Counted from the first letter of the stretch, positions 1 to 9,635 are shown. The stretch is DNA of 64,000 nt from a virus (IMGVR_UViG_3300029288_000106:32001-96000), one strand, 5' to 3'. The notes: generated from the letters alone by a model not told the origin. Made by a program: numbers and translations.

Positions 1-87
1 TAATTGTTGATATAACATTTATTATGCTCTCAAACAAATAACAAGTATAAAAATATATACGAACTTTTTTATAAAATTTCTTATAAA

Positions 88-2628
88 TTATTTTAATTTT
101 TGCATCTCATAATAATTTTCTCCCCACTCCCACGATATGCTAAAATTAAGACCTCTTTGCCAATCAAATACTTTAGTCTCGAAAATTTTCTTAACATTCA
201 TCATCACAGTCTCTAACTCATCTAAATGTGTATCAAATAATACACTATCGTGTGTTTCAGATCGAATAATGGTATTAAATCTTTCTCTTGTTAAAAATTC
301 ATTTATTCTACGAACAGCATCAAAAACAAAATGAAAAGCTGGACCTTGAACTGGAGTATTATAAATTTGCTCTATACTTAATGGAGCATACCGCCTAAAT
401 CCTGTAACGCATGTTATGAATCCATATTGTTGGTATTCGGCTAAAGTTCTATTCTGCCATTCTTTAACTTCAGCATACTCCTCCCAGAACAACTTCTGAA
501 CTGCTTCAATATGATCTCTGTTCATACCTATAGCCCCAGCTATTGAAGCAGGAACGGCTCCATATAAAGAAGCAAAAACAAACATATTTTTTGCATTAAA
601 TCTCTCTAAACCAGTAATTTCTGATTCTGGTTTTTTATATAATCTTGCTGCCCATCTTCTATGTACATCAACTCCTGCAAGCAGCTGTCGAATAAGAGTT
701 CTATCTCCCGAAACCATTGCAACAGTTGTTACTTCAATACCATTTACATCTGATTCAAGAAAAATATGGTTGGGACGAGGAATAATAATTTTTCTAAATT
801 TCATTAACTCTTCATCATGTTTAAACATATTCTGAACATTTGGATCAGTTGTACTTGAACGAAATGTCTCTGCAATATTCATAGTAAAACAAGGATGAAG
901 GTAGCCATCTTCTTTCAAACATCCTCTATACTCTTTAACTCGCTTTTTAAAACTCACAACTTTCCTATATTCTTTCACAAGTTGTGCTGATGACAAAACA
1001 AGAGGATCTTTATCTTTTCTTAATATGTCTTCTATTACTTCAGCATCGAGACTATAATTTCCTTCTTTTGTAACTCTTTGTATTCTTGTTCTAAGTATAT
1101 TGTAAAATAAATTTGGTAAATCTACATTAGATTGAATATTAATATCATGCTCATACTTTTCTTTAAATTTTAATCCTATTTCACTCTGAACCAATTCTTT
1201 CTGATATCTCACTATATCTGCATTTGCTTCTTCTTCAAAAGTATCAAGTTGTTTTCTATCAACTGGAAATCCTCGTTCTGTCATATCCACAAACGTCGAA
1301 AGGCCTTTATGTAAAAATTCATAAAAATCTCTCTGACACTTATTCTCTGGTCTATCAAAATACTCTTTAATAACCAAATATAACATATACTGATATCGAG
1401 CATCAAGACAGTTATATGGGTATAATCGCTCAATTGGCTCTTGATCCATCTTCTTAATGTTTACATCTCCTTTGTAAACATCTCCGGTCATCTGAAATAC
1501 CTGATACTCTAATGATGTAGTTCCAGATTTGCAAAATCTAACATGAGATGCAACCATCGTGTCCATAATAATATTATTAACTCTCGTGCCAAATTTAGCT
1601 CTTGACCAAGTCTCTTCCATATTAAAATTCTGTACAACTTTAGGAGTAGAACTTGCAAGAAATGCTTTAAATGCTTGCACTACATAAGCTTGACAAGGAA
1701 GAGACCAAGTAGGATTATCAAGCCATATACAATACCCTTCATCTATACTAGACGAAAATCCTATTGATAAAGGTCTTGCCCCTACCTCGTAAGGACTTAA
1801 TCGATTTGCTTCATAATCAAAAGACACAACAAAATTAACATCAGTTATTGATTTCAAAAACTCAATAGCATCATCTGGATTATCTATTAGATAATTACCT
1901 GATCTATCTAGTGGTTTGGGCAATGGTTTATTGAGATATTCTTTGAGTATTGATGCTATATCCCTCTTGAACACAGGATCAACCGAAGGATCATATAATG
2001 TACTTGCTGGATGATATGTTAATCCTACCCACGATTGATAATTCTGATAAGGATAAACATAACCATGAATTCTGCTAACAGCCAGTAAATCAGCTCTTTT
2101 GCCTTTAAAAACATCGTTTTTCATCACAGCTTTCATTGCTACATCACCTAAGCAAATAATAAGCTGTGGTTTAACTTCTTCAATATCTTTCATCAAATTA
2201 GCAAAACAACACTTAATTTGATCATTCGTAGGAGTTGCATTTCGAGGAGGATGACAACGTATAACGTTTGTTCTAACACAATCTCTATCAATATTAATTC
2301 CAGATTGTTGTAAAACAGAAGATAAGTACTGACCAGATTCTCCTACAAAAGGTTTACCTTCCCCATCTTCTGTTCGGCCTGGAGCTTCGCCTATTAATAA
2401 AATTTTCTTTTGTCCTTGACCATACCTCTGCATCTTCGGAGAATGACACCTTTCCGAAAGACCACAAGTTGAACAATTATAAACTTCAGGAGATGGAGTT
2501 GATGCTTTTCTACTTCGGCCTGTGCTTGATTTTGAACTACTTCTTACAGTAGATTTATTCTTCTCTTCTTGTCTCTTCTGATACAGAAGTTCGTTCTCAG
2601 TATAGAAAAAAGCTGGTTGACTACTCAT
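88..2628 (-). CDS. polA: Family A DNA polymerase with N-terminal family-4 uracil-DNA glycosylase and 3'-5' exonuclease domains
   Basis: UDG4 motifs CxxC, GEAPG, RCHPP, TYHPA; exonuclease DYE; Pol A motifs ESDVNGIE, RFNAKNMFVFASLYG, NTPVQG, THDS. Confidence 0.93.
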   Translation of the reverse strand: MSSQPAFFYTENELLYQKRQEEKNKSTVRSSSKSSTGRSRKASTPSPEVYNCSTCGLSERCHSPKMQRYGQGQKKILLIGEAPGRTEDGEGKPFVGESGQYLSSVLQQSGINIDRDCVRTNVIRCHPPRNATPTNDQIKCCFANLMKDIEEVKPQLIICLGDVAMKAVMKNDVFKGKRADLLAVSRIHGYVYPYQNYQSWVGLTYHPASTLYDPSVDPVFKRDIASILKEYLNKPLPKPLDRSGNYLIDNPDDAIEFLKSITDVNFVVSFDYEANRLSPYEVGARPLSIGFSSSIDEGYCIWLDNPTWSLPCQAYVVQAFKAFLASSTPKVVQNFNMEETWSRAKFGTRVNNIIMDTMVASHVRFCKSGTTSLEYQVFQMTGDVYKGDVNIKKMDQEPIERLYPYNCLDARYQYMLYLVIKEYFDRPENKCQRDFYEFLHKGLSTFVDMTERGFPVDRKQLDTFEEEANADIVRYQKELVQSEIGLKFKEKYEHDINIQSNVDLPNLFYNILRTRIQRVTKEGNYSLDAEVIEDILRKDKDPLVLSSAQLVKEYRKVVSFKKRVKEYRGCLKEDGYLHPCFTMNIAETFRSSTTDPNVQNMFKHDEELMKFRKIIIPRPNHIFLESDVNGIEVTTVAMVSGDRTLIRQLLAGVDVHRRWAARLYKKPESEITGLERFNAKNMFVFASLYGAVPASIAGAIGMNRDHIEAVQKLFWEEYAEVKEWQNRTLAEYQQYGFITCVTGFRRYAPLSIEQIYNTPVQGPAFHFVFDAVRRINEFLTRERFNTIIRSETHDSVLFDTHLDELETVMMNVKKIFETKVFDWQRGLNFSISWEWGENYYEMQKLK

Positions 2629-3659
2629 AATTTAGGCTGCTTTTCTATCACAACATAAATAAGCTTCTCTGTGACAAATAATATAGCTCCTTTTGTTGTG
2701 TACGTAAGAGAATTACAAATAGGTGCAATTTCTTTTAAGAATAACGGATTAACAGAAAATTCAATTCTCTGCTTTACTGGATTAGTTAATTCCACTTCCT
2801 CTTCTAACTTTCCTAAATCTTTATCAACTGATGTAAATATACATTTTGTGCCTTCAACTACTACTCGTATCTCTTTATCAAGAGTTTGAATGTTTTTAAG
2901 GAGAGTGATATGCCTATCTAAAATCTCATTAAGAGAAGCAGGAAAATCTAAATTATCTACAATTGTTTCTTGTGGTGGAATAAATTGAAGAAGATTTTTA
3001 TACTCTCCTCTTAAAAGAACAGAAGAAAGAATTGTCCCATCATTCATCTCTATCACAATCTGATTATCTTCAATTAAACCGATTTTCATAATTTCTTTTT
3101 TGAAAGACAAAATTGTCTGAACAAGTTTAATTGGAAGAGTACAAGGATTAGCAAGAAGATTTTCTTTAGCAGTAAAATTAGCTATTCTATATCTATCTGT
3201 ACTAAACATATCTTTACCGTCTACTCTTACTCCACATAGTGGCCCTACTGAACTATCTTTTGAAACACTATATTGACAGAATTGAAAGCCTTCATATAAT
3301 TCAAGTGAAACTTCTTGCATATTCTCACAAACCAGCAGCTGAGGAATTGATGATAATTGAGCAAGAGTAAATGTACCTACAATCTTTTTGTCTTTTATTA
3401 AAACTCTTGTATCCTCCAGTTCTAATTCAATTGTATCTGAAGAAAGACTCTCGAGTAAAAACAAGAAAGAAAGTCCTGGAATAGCAAAAGTAGCTTGAAG
3501 ATCTGGACAAGATGCTTTGATTATCATTGTTCCATCGGTTGCTACAACTCTATCATTTTGAAAAATAAAACATTGAAATGTTGGAACAAGTACGTTAATT
3601 CCTAATGCTGGCTTTACTCTATTAAGTGCTTTTACTAACTCCTTACGATCTACTATCAT
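2625..3659 (-). CDS. dnaN: DnaN/beta-type sliding clamp
   Basis: 344 aa; VVATDG and FSTDRYR beta-clamp motifs; 4-nt overlap with polymerase start. Confidence 0.8.
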   Translation of the reverse strand: MIVDRKELVKALNRVKPALGINVLVPTFQCFIFQNDRVVATDGTMIIKASCPDLQATFAIPGLSFLFLLESLSSDTIELELEDTRVLIKDKKIVGTFTLAQLSSIPQLLVCENMQEVSLELYEGFQFCQYSVSKDSSVGPLCGVRVDGKDMFSTDRYRIANFTAKENLLANPCTLPIKLVQTILSFKKEIMKIGLIEDNQIVIEMNDGTILSSVLLRGEYKNLLQFIPPQETIVDNLDFPASLNEILDRHITLLKNIQTLDKEIRVVVEGTKCIFTSVDKDLGKLEEEVELTNPVKQRIEFSVNPLFLKEIAPICNSLTYTTKGAILFVTEKLIYVVIEKQPKL

Positions 3660-3681
3660 ACCACTATCCTTTCCTTATTTT

Positions 3682-3834
3682 TTATAGTGTTTTAATAACT
3701 TTTACTAAATAACACCCACAATCAGTTTGAATAGGAAATTCAATTTGATCTGCACCCATAATTTCAAGATGCTCTACTAAATTCTCTGCAATTTTCCTAC
3801 CTTGAACTTGTTCCTCATTTAACTCTTCACACAT
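3682..3834 (-). CDS. Small hypothetical protein (50 aa, MCEELNEEQ...)
   Basis: ATG-TAA ORF read manually in the gap, co-oriented. Confidence 0.5.
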   Translation of the reverse strand: MCEELNEEQVQGRKIAENLVEHLEIMGADQIEFPIQTDCGCYLVKVIKTL

Positions 3835-3887
3835 TTTTACTTCTCAATATAGCTTTACATCTAACTTCATCTGACCATACAACAACA

Positions 3888-4241
3888 TTAGGCATTTTCT
3901 ATATTCTTAACTTCAATAGATTTAGGAACAATAAAAACATCAAAACAAGCTTCTTGTAAACAAAGTATTGAAATTAATGCTGCTCTATGAATTTCATTGG
4001 GAATAACACGTAATGCTATATTAGAATTGTTAGAAAAAGCTCTGTTCAAATGCTCTTGAACTGTTTTAGCAATATTAGTTCTCAATTCAAAACTATCTTT
4101 CTCAAACAAATAAGATTGCAAAATAGGCTTTATAATACTTGAAATCTCAAGGTCAACACCGTCTTCTCTAATTATCAGTATATCTGCTCTTGCTTTGAAT
4201 CTTTCAATCCTATCTTCAACACCTTCTCTAACACTTTCCAT
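3888..4241 (-). CDS. Hypothetical protein
   Basis: 117-aa ORF with AGGAG SD. Confidence 0.7.
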   Translation of the reverse strand: MESVREGVEDRIERFKARADILIIREDGVDLEISSIIKPILQSYLFEKDSFELRTNIAKTVQEHLNRAFSNNSNIALRVIPNEIHRAALISILCLQEACFDVFIVPKSIEVKNIENA

Positions 4242-4256
4242 TCATTTCTCCTTGCA

Positions 4257-5342
4257 TCAAAATAAAGTTTTAATGGCTCTAAACTCTTCGATTGACGGAG
4301 CAATGCCTTTTGCTAATAACTGAGAAAAATACATTACATTAACTTTCTGTCGCTCGTGATGAGATGTTTCTAAAGCCAGTAAATCGATATCTAATCCTTT
4401 CAAGTAGCTTTCTATCTTTTCTTTCTCTTCTTCAGTATAAGCTGTTGTATAATGAGGATTAGTAACATTAGGTCTAATCTTTGCTTCTTCTGATACAACA
4501 ACAGCTAATGGAGGTAAAGTAAAATCAAACTCTCCTTTAATATTACATTTAGGTACAACGACATTACCAAAAGCAGCACTCTTTAACCACGACGTACTAT
4601 CTACTGAATAAAATGGAAATCGCTGTATCATATCAACAGATGTTACAGCAAAACCATGTACTTTAAGTTGAGGATTAACTTCAGCAATTATTTGAAAACA
4701 CTGATACGCAAATGTAAGAAAATCAGCTTTCCTCAAACCAGTAGCCATTCCACCTAAACCAATATACTCATATTCTTCAGCATATTTTTTCAACCACTTA
4801 AAATCTTCAAGAAAATGAAATACTGGAAGAGGTTTTAAACCATTTGACTCCATATATTTCTGATTTTCCCATGATTTTTCAGCATTGTAAATAATATCAA
4901 GATTAACATAAGCATGAAGCTGATCTTTGTATTTATGTACAAATGCAATGTACTCATCAAGGTACTTCCTAACTTCTGTATTATCAGCAAGGGAAAAATC
5001 TGCCATCCCCTGAACCATGCTTCTCTGTTTTTCTGCAAAAAATATTTGTGCATTTGAATCCAGCCTTTCTCTAAACTCCTCTTCTGAAAATGTTCTTATT
5101 CCTTCCACCTTTTCTGAATTAACTGTTGAATTGCTATTAATCAAACCTGTCATTGCATTAAGCAACGAATGTGCTCCTGAGTCCATAAATATACTTAATT
5201 TAGAGTTGCTGTCTAAAAGCTTTGCTACATCTTTTCCTTTCCAAAACGTTTCAAGCGAAGCAACTTCCCCTGACAACAATTTATCAGTCCAAAATCCTTC
5301 TTTATTAGATGTAGCAAGATTTGCCATATAAATATATTTCAT
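4257..5342 (-). CDS. dpdA: DpdA/TGT-like 7-deazaguanine DNA transglycosylase
   Basis: TGT-barrel motifs MDSGAHS, NLDII, PVFH, IGLGG, VHGFA, SVDSTSW; operon with queE; folE and queC also present. Confidence 0.75.
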   Translation of the reverse strand: MKYIYMANLATSNKEGFWTDKLLSGEVASLETFWKGKDVAKLLDSNSKLSIFMDSGAHSLLNAMTGLINSNSTVNSEKVEGIRTFSEEEFRERLDSNAQIFFAEKQRSMVQGMADFSLADNTEVRKYLDEYIAFVHKYKDQLHAYVNLDIIYNAEKSWENQKYMESNGLKPLPVFHFLEDFKWLKKYAEEYEYIGLGGMATGLRKADFLTFAYQCFQIIAEVNPQLKVHGFAVTSVDMIQRFPFYSVDSTSWLKSAAFGNVVVPKCNIKGEFDFTLPPLAVVVSEEAKIRPNVTNPHYTTAYTEEEKEKIESYLKGLDIDLLALETSHHERQKVNVMYFSQLLAKGIAPSIEEFRAIKTLF

Positions 5343-6067
5343 TTCACTAATTGCTCCTGTCGAGAATCATAAATTAAAATAGCTTGTTTTGGTATATTGT
5401 TATTTTTTAGCATACTATCAAGATTTTCTAAATAGACTAATATTTCTGGCCACCAAGTATCAAGATCTAAAGCTTGAGCCAGATCACAAAGCTTTCTAAG
5501 CAAAGGCAAATCCCAATCTCTATATACGTTATAATCAAAAGAAGTTTCTTTAGCTTTACAACCAAACAACCAATTCCTTCCATATTGCCTTTTAGTTAAT
5601 CGAGCTATGCCTTGCTTATTGCCATCAATATGCATATGAGGCAAGGCACAATGCAAAGGCTTAATAGAATGAATCTGGCATAAATTATCTTTTAAAAACC
5701 GACATCTTTTACTATCATTTTGATAAGCTTTAATCTCGTAACTCTTTTCATTTATCTTAACCACAAAATTATGGCATTTTTTTATATCAAGAACAGTAAG
5801 GTCATCAACATAATTATCAAAACAAACAGCTTTACTTGCTAAATACACCAACGAAACAGGCCTTTTTGAACAACACTCTCCACAAGTACTACACTTAAAA
5901 TTACGAAAGAACTTTTCAGAAATTTCAACCTTTTTTGGAGGACTAACTTTTAACTTATAATTCTTTGCAAAAGTAATTGTAATATCATGTTTGGTTAGTC
6001 GATAAATATATTGAAACATATAAACAACTGAGCCAAGCAAATTCTCATCATATTTCTCAAGAATCAT
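5339..6067 (-). CDS. YkgJ-family CxxCxxCC metal/Fe-S cluster protein
   Basis: CSTCGECC and CRFL-x4-CQIHSIKPLHC. Confidence 0.75.
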   Translation of the reverse strand: MILEKYDENLLGSVVYMFQYIYRLTKHDITITFAKNYKLKVSPPKKVEISEKFFRNFKCSTCGECCSKRPVSLVYLASKAVCFDNYVDDLTVLDIKKCHNFVVKINEKSYEIKAYQNDSKRCRFLKDNLCQIHSIKPLHCALPHMHIDGNKQGIARLTKRQYGRNWLFGCKAKETSFDYNVYRDWDLPLLRKLCDLAQALDLDTWWPEILVYLENLDSMLKNNNIPKQAILIYDSRQEQLVK

Positions 6068-6978
6068 CAGAAAAATCCTTTTTGTTCTTCTTTTACTTTA
6101 ATTTGTGAATACATATAACTCTTCACTTCATATGATGGATAATGTGTTTTAAATAAAGACAAATTTTTGTTCAATTGAGCACCACAATTAAATTTCTTCA
6201 TGCCTCTCTGATACAAATCTCTCAGTACATAAATATCAAGCCATTCCATCATATTAGATGGAAGTTCCCAGTACTTACCAAAATTTGCTAAATCATAAGC
6301 TATGTCTTTTTGTATACCCACAACACGAACTGCAATTAACTGCTTAGCCATACAAAAACAATAAACAAAATAACCTACATGTTGAATTGCATAATCATAA
6401 CAACGAATATATCGATTAGTTGGAAACATTATTTTAAATGTGTTAGGATCAGCAAGTTTATGCTCTACCCACTCATCATGTAGAAGTTTTACTGCATTAC
6501 TATCAACTTCGCTTGACATGAATGATCTTGTTTTTACTTTATATCTTTCTAACTGTTTAAACGGATATATTAATCGTTGATATCTTTTTTTCTTATTTGG
6601 ATACGAATTAGGATTTAAAACTTTCTCAAGATCGTATCCAATTTCAATAAAAGAGTGAGCACCAGACAAAAAAACTTCAGGGTAGAGAGAATAAATAGGC
6701 CCTAATTTTATCAAGTAATCAATAAGTTTTCTTTGTATTTTATCATTCTCTGGATTGAAACAGAAACTTTTAAATCGGCCCTGAACAGAAGGAAGAAGAA
6801 GTATATTTCCTTCAAAAACAATCAAGCCATACATATTTCTTATTTCATCTAAATTGAAGTATGTATTCAACACTGGAAGAGAAAAATTATGTACTCCCTT
6901 ATTATCAAGATCCTCTATAGAAGTTAATTTCTTCTTATATTGATGAAGATCGCTGAGTATTGTTTGTATTTTGCTCAA
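6067..6978 (-). CDS. DUF2156/aminoacyl-PG-synthase-C-like (Fem/GNAT fold) putative aminoacyl-tRNA-dependent transferase
   Basis: Ordered pattern GYDLEKV..KKKRYQRL..HDEWVEHK..QLIAVRV..GMKKFNCG..NLSLFKTHYP resembles DUF2156; no TM segments; TTG start. Confidence 0.55.
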   Translation of the reverse strand: MSKIQTILSDLHQYKKKLTSIEDLDNKGVHNFSLPVLNTYFNLDEIRNMYGLIVFEGNILLLPSVQGRFKSFCFNPENDKIQRKLIDYLIKLGPIYSLYPEVFLSGAHSFIEIGYDLEKVLNPNSYPNKKKRYQRLIYPFKQLERYKVKTRSFMSSEVDSNAVKLLHDEWVEHKLADPNTFKIMFPTNRYIRCYDYAIQHVGYFVYCFCMAKQLIAVRVVGIQKDIAYDLANFGKYWELPSNMMEWLDIYVLRDLYQRGMKKFNCGAQLNKNLSLFKTHYPSYEVKSYMYSQIKVKEEQKGFF

Positions 6979-6986
6979 TTAAAAAC

Positions 6987-7172
6987 TCATACAATATTAT
7001 ATTTTTCTACTATGTCACAAATCCACTTAACTCTACCTGGTGTCATTTCATATTCTGGATGATCTACCATATCAATTATAAATTTCTTCTCTTTCTCAGT
7101 TAATCGAGTAGCTAGTAAATCAATAGCTTTTAATAATCTTTTTGCTTCTTCAATATCTATACTATCGCTCAT
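6987..7172 (-). CDS. Small hypothetical protein (61 aa)
   Basis: ATG at 7172 overlapping queE end; longer track start unlikely. Confidence 0.6.
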   Translation of the reverse strand: MSDSIDIEEAKRLLKAIDLLATRLTEKEKKFIIDMVDHPEYEMTPGRVKWICDIVEKYNIV

Positions 7173-7851
7173 GTGTCGCTCCAGGCCATAATACTTTATG
7201 TATTTGTAGAGAATAACTAACATCAGGTATCATATGAGCTTCATCTATCATCATTTCAGCTAATGCCTTTGGCCAGCCAGTAAAAATATCTGAATATTTG
7301 ATAGCAGGACTAAATACTTTCCTGGCCTTCCATGTATCTCTATTAGCTAAAACCAACCCCCGAGCTATGTAAAAATCATTAATTCCATCAATCACAAATT
7401 TAATAACATCACAATCCCGAAGTTGAAAAAAAGTCATAGCTCTCATTTGATCTTCCATTTTTGATGATGGAAGTTTATAATCAACAATCAAACGAAGATT
7501 TTCTTTAGCTAGCATATGATTAAATAAATCGTGTGAAACACTTAAACTGCCATTTGTCTCGATCGATACTCTATGTTTTCTATCAAGAAGACCAAGTACA
7601 AGTTGGGTAGTTTCTTCTTGAATTAAAGGTTCTCCACCAGTTATTGTGACTTTTGGTAAGATATTGAGTTTTAATATATCTTCAACAGATTTTAACTCTT
7701 TTGCCTTCTGGTCTTGAGCATATTTTGTATCACAAAATTCACACCTTAAGTTACATCCTCTTAAACGAATAAATGTACAGAGCTCGCCTGCTCCATTAAA
7801 TCCATTAACTTCACCATCGATACTATCAAAAATAGCCTGAATATTTAACAT
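7162..7851 (-). CDS. queE: 7-carboxy-7-deazaguanine synthase (radical SAM)
   Basis: FDSIDGE, FIRLRGCNLRCEFCDT, TGGEP, ETNG, LQIHK. Confidence 0.93.
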   Translation of the reverse strand: MLNIQAIFDSIDGEVNGFNGAGELCTFIRLRGCNLRCEFCDTKYAQDQKAKELKSVEDILKLNILPKVTITGGEPLIQEETTQLVLGLLDRKHRVSIETNGSLSVSHDLFNHMLAKENLRLIVDYKLPSSKMEDQMRAMTFFQLRDCDVIKFVIDGINDFYIARGLVLANRDTWKARKVFSPAIKYSDIFTGWPKALAEMMIDEAHMIPDVSYSLQIHKVLWPGATHER

Positions 7852-7985
7852 ATCTAACCCTCAAAATAAAATACTTGTTTTATCAGATATATACGTAAAA
7901 TATTTTAAGATTTGTTTGAAATTTTATAAAAAATTAATCGTATAAAATTAAAAATACAAATTAAGATTTTGTAGGATATTAGTAT

Positions 7986-9200
7986 ATGATAGAAAATATT
8001 GTGGTTAAAACAATGCAGGAACTAATCAATCTTCTCTATATATACACTAAAGAGAGAGATACATTAGATGAAGATTTGTCTAAATTGAATATTGATGATT
8101 TTGAAAGACTTAGAGCAGTAGTAGAAGTGCCTTATATCAAAGCAAAAATAAACCACATCGATGAGAAATCAAAATCAATCGATCAGACCACGTCCCCACA
8201 TCGATCAGACCACATCGATGAGAAATCAAAATCAATCGATCAGACCACGTCCCCACATCGATCAGACCACATCGATGAGAAATCAAAATCAATCGATCAG
8301 ACCACGTCCCCACATCGATCAGACCACGTCCCCACATCGATCAGACCTGTAAACTGCTGTGAGGATATTTATAATAAAATAAATAATAATAATATATATA
8401 ATAATATCCCCACAGCAAATCAATCTCACAGCAGTAGTCCCCACAGCAGTTGTGATGATCAAGTCGATGTGGTTACAGCTGCCCCTCCAGCGATCGACCA
8501 ATCCCACATCGATGAGAAATCAAAATCAATCGATCAGACCACAGCAAAAAAGAAGTCAACCACCGATGAGAATTCTATTGCTTATCAACTTACACAACTG
8601 CTACTTGATTTGATTTTAGAAAGACGACCCACCAGATTTGGCGGAGAATTAATTGAAAAGGGTGAAGCATATAAGAAAAAAATAAAATCATGGGTCGATT
8701 ATATGGATTACATTATTCGAATTGATAAACATGACCCAGAAAAAGTTCTTAATGTAATTTTGTGGTGCCAAAAAAATGAATTTTGGCAGAAAAATATTTT
8801 GTCTACAAGTAAATTGAGAGAACAGTACGGCAGACTTGAAGATTTAATGGATGCAGAAAATCCAACCACAGCAGAAATAACTGAAGATAAAAATTCACAA
8901 CTTACTATAGAAATTACATATGAATATGAAAAAGAAGTCCTTAATTCACCAAACCCAAATAATTGTCCAGTTGATTGGTCAGCTGAAAATAAAAAGAAAT
9001 TCATAAAAGCAGCTGAAAAAGCAAGAGAATTTGCAAACAAGTTTAAAATTAGACCAGAAAACATGGCTAAGTATTTAATCAGAGCATTAAAACAAAGTAA
9101 AATAGGATCTACACCTCTAGCTCCTGGTCATTTATGTTCAGATCATATGTGGACAGTAGTTATGCCACAATTTATTGATGAACTTGGATTGATTAATTAA
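7986..9200 (+). CDS. Phage replication initiator / replisome organiser-like protein
   Basis: IRIDK..VILWCQKNEFWQKNILSTSKLREQYGRL is typical of the lambdoid O-type C-terminal domain; internal DNA repeats; upstream of helicase. Confidence 0.7.
   Translation: MIENIVVKTMQELINLLYIYTKERDTLDEDLSKLNIDDFERLRAVVEVPYIKAKINHIDEKSKSIDQTTSPHRSDHIDEKSKSIDQTTSPHRSDHIDEKSKSIDQTTSPHRSDHVPTSIRPVNCCEDIYNKINNNNIYNNIPTANQSHSSSPHSSCDDQVDVVTAAPPAIDQSHIDEKSKSIDQTTAKKKSTTDENSIAYQLTQLLLDLILERRPTRFGGELIEKGEAYKKKIKSWVDYMDYIIRIDKHDPEKVLNVILWCQKNEFWQKNILSTSKLREQYGRLEDLMDAENPTTAEITEDKNSQLTIEITYEYEKEVLNSPNPNNCPVDWSAENKKKFIKAAEKAREFANKFKIRPENMAKYLIRALKQSKIGSTPLAPGHLCSDHMWTVVMPQFIDELGLIN
8152..8347 (+). repeat. 3 exact 57-bp tandem repeats plus a partial copy (probable iterons); further partial copy at 8503-8541
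   Basis: Unit ACCACATCGATGAGAAATCAAAATCAATCGATCAGACCACGTCCCCACATCGATCAG. Confidence 0.97.
8365..8407. other. 43-bp A/T-only tract, candidate DNA unwinding element
   Basis: Only A and T; lies just after the iterons. Confidence 0.55.
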
Positions 9201-9437
9201 ATGGCCTGTATAATTAAATTACCTTTACCAAGATCTAATATAAGTGAGATAGATCTCAATATTCATAAAATGACAGATCAAGCTCTCACAATCGCTCTTG
9301 CTATAGCAAATGGAGATAGAAACAAAGCTGCAGTAAAACTTGGTGTTTCACGAAGAACAGTAAATAGAATGATTGAAAAAAGATATAAAGAGGAGCAGAG
9401 ACTTGTGCAAAAAGAAAAAATATCTCAAGCCCGTTAA
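9201..9437 (+). CDS. Fis-type helix-turn-helix protein
   Basis: ALAIANGDRNKAAVKLGVSRRTVNRMI. Confidence 0.8.
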   Translation: MACIIKLPLPRSNISEIDLNIHKMTDQALTIALAIANGDRNKAAVKLGVSRRTVNRMIEKRYKEEQRLVQKEKISQAR

Positions 9438-9582
9438 AGCAGGAATTTTTCCTAAAGAAATGATAGAAATACAAAAAGAATTACATACAGAAATAGCCAA
9501 GCATTTTTCACTTCCTTTTAGTATTTTTATTTCAGATGAATCAATAAGGACTGCGTTGGAACTAAAAGGAAGACGTGCTTGA
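9373..9582 (+). CDS. Possible small hypothetical protein (start uncertain)
   Basis: Co-oriented ORF filling gap. Confidence 0.35.
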   Translation: MKKDIKRSRDLCKKKKYLKPVKAGIFPKEMIEIQKELHTEIAKHFSLPFSIFISDESIRTALELKGRRA

Positions 9583-9590
9583 ATACAAAT

Positions 9591-9635
9591 GTATTAACCT
9601 ATATGAAATCATTTAAGCACACGCGTGCTCCTAAG
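9591..9635 (+). repeat. Dispersed palindromic element, copy 1 (left arm degenerate)
   Basis: GTATTAACC..ATCATTTAAGCACACGCGTGCTCCTAAG. Confidence 0.8.

Noticed and set aside
8152-8347. CRISPR array
   Set aside because: Head-to-tail identical units with no unique spacers, in frame within a CDS; no cas genes
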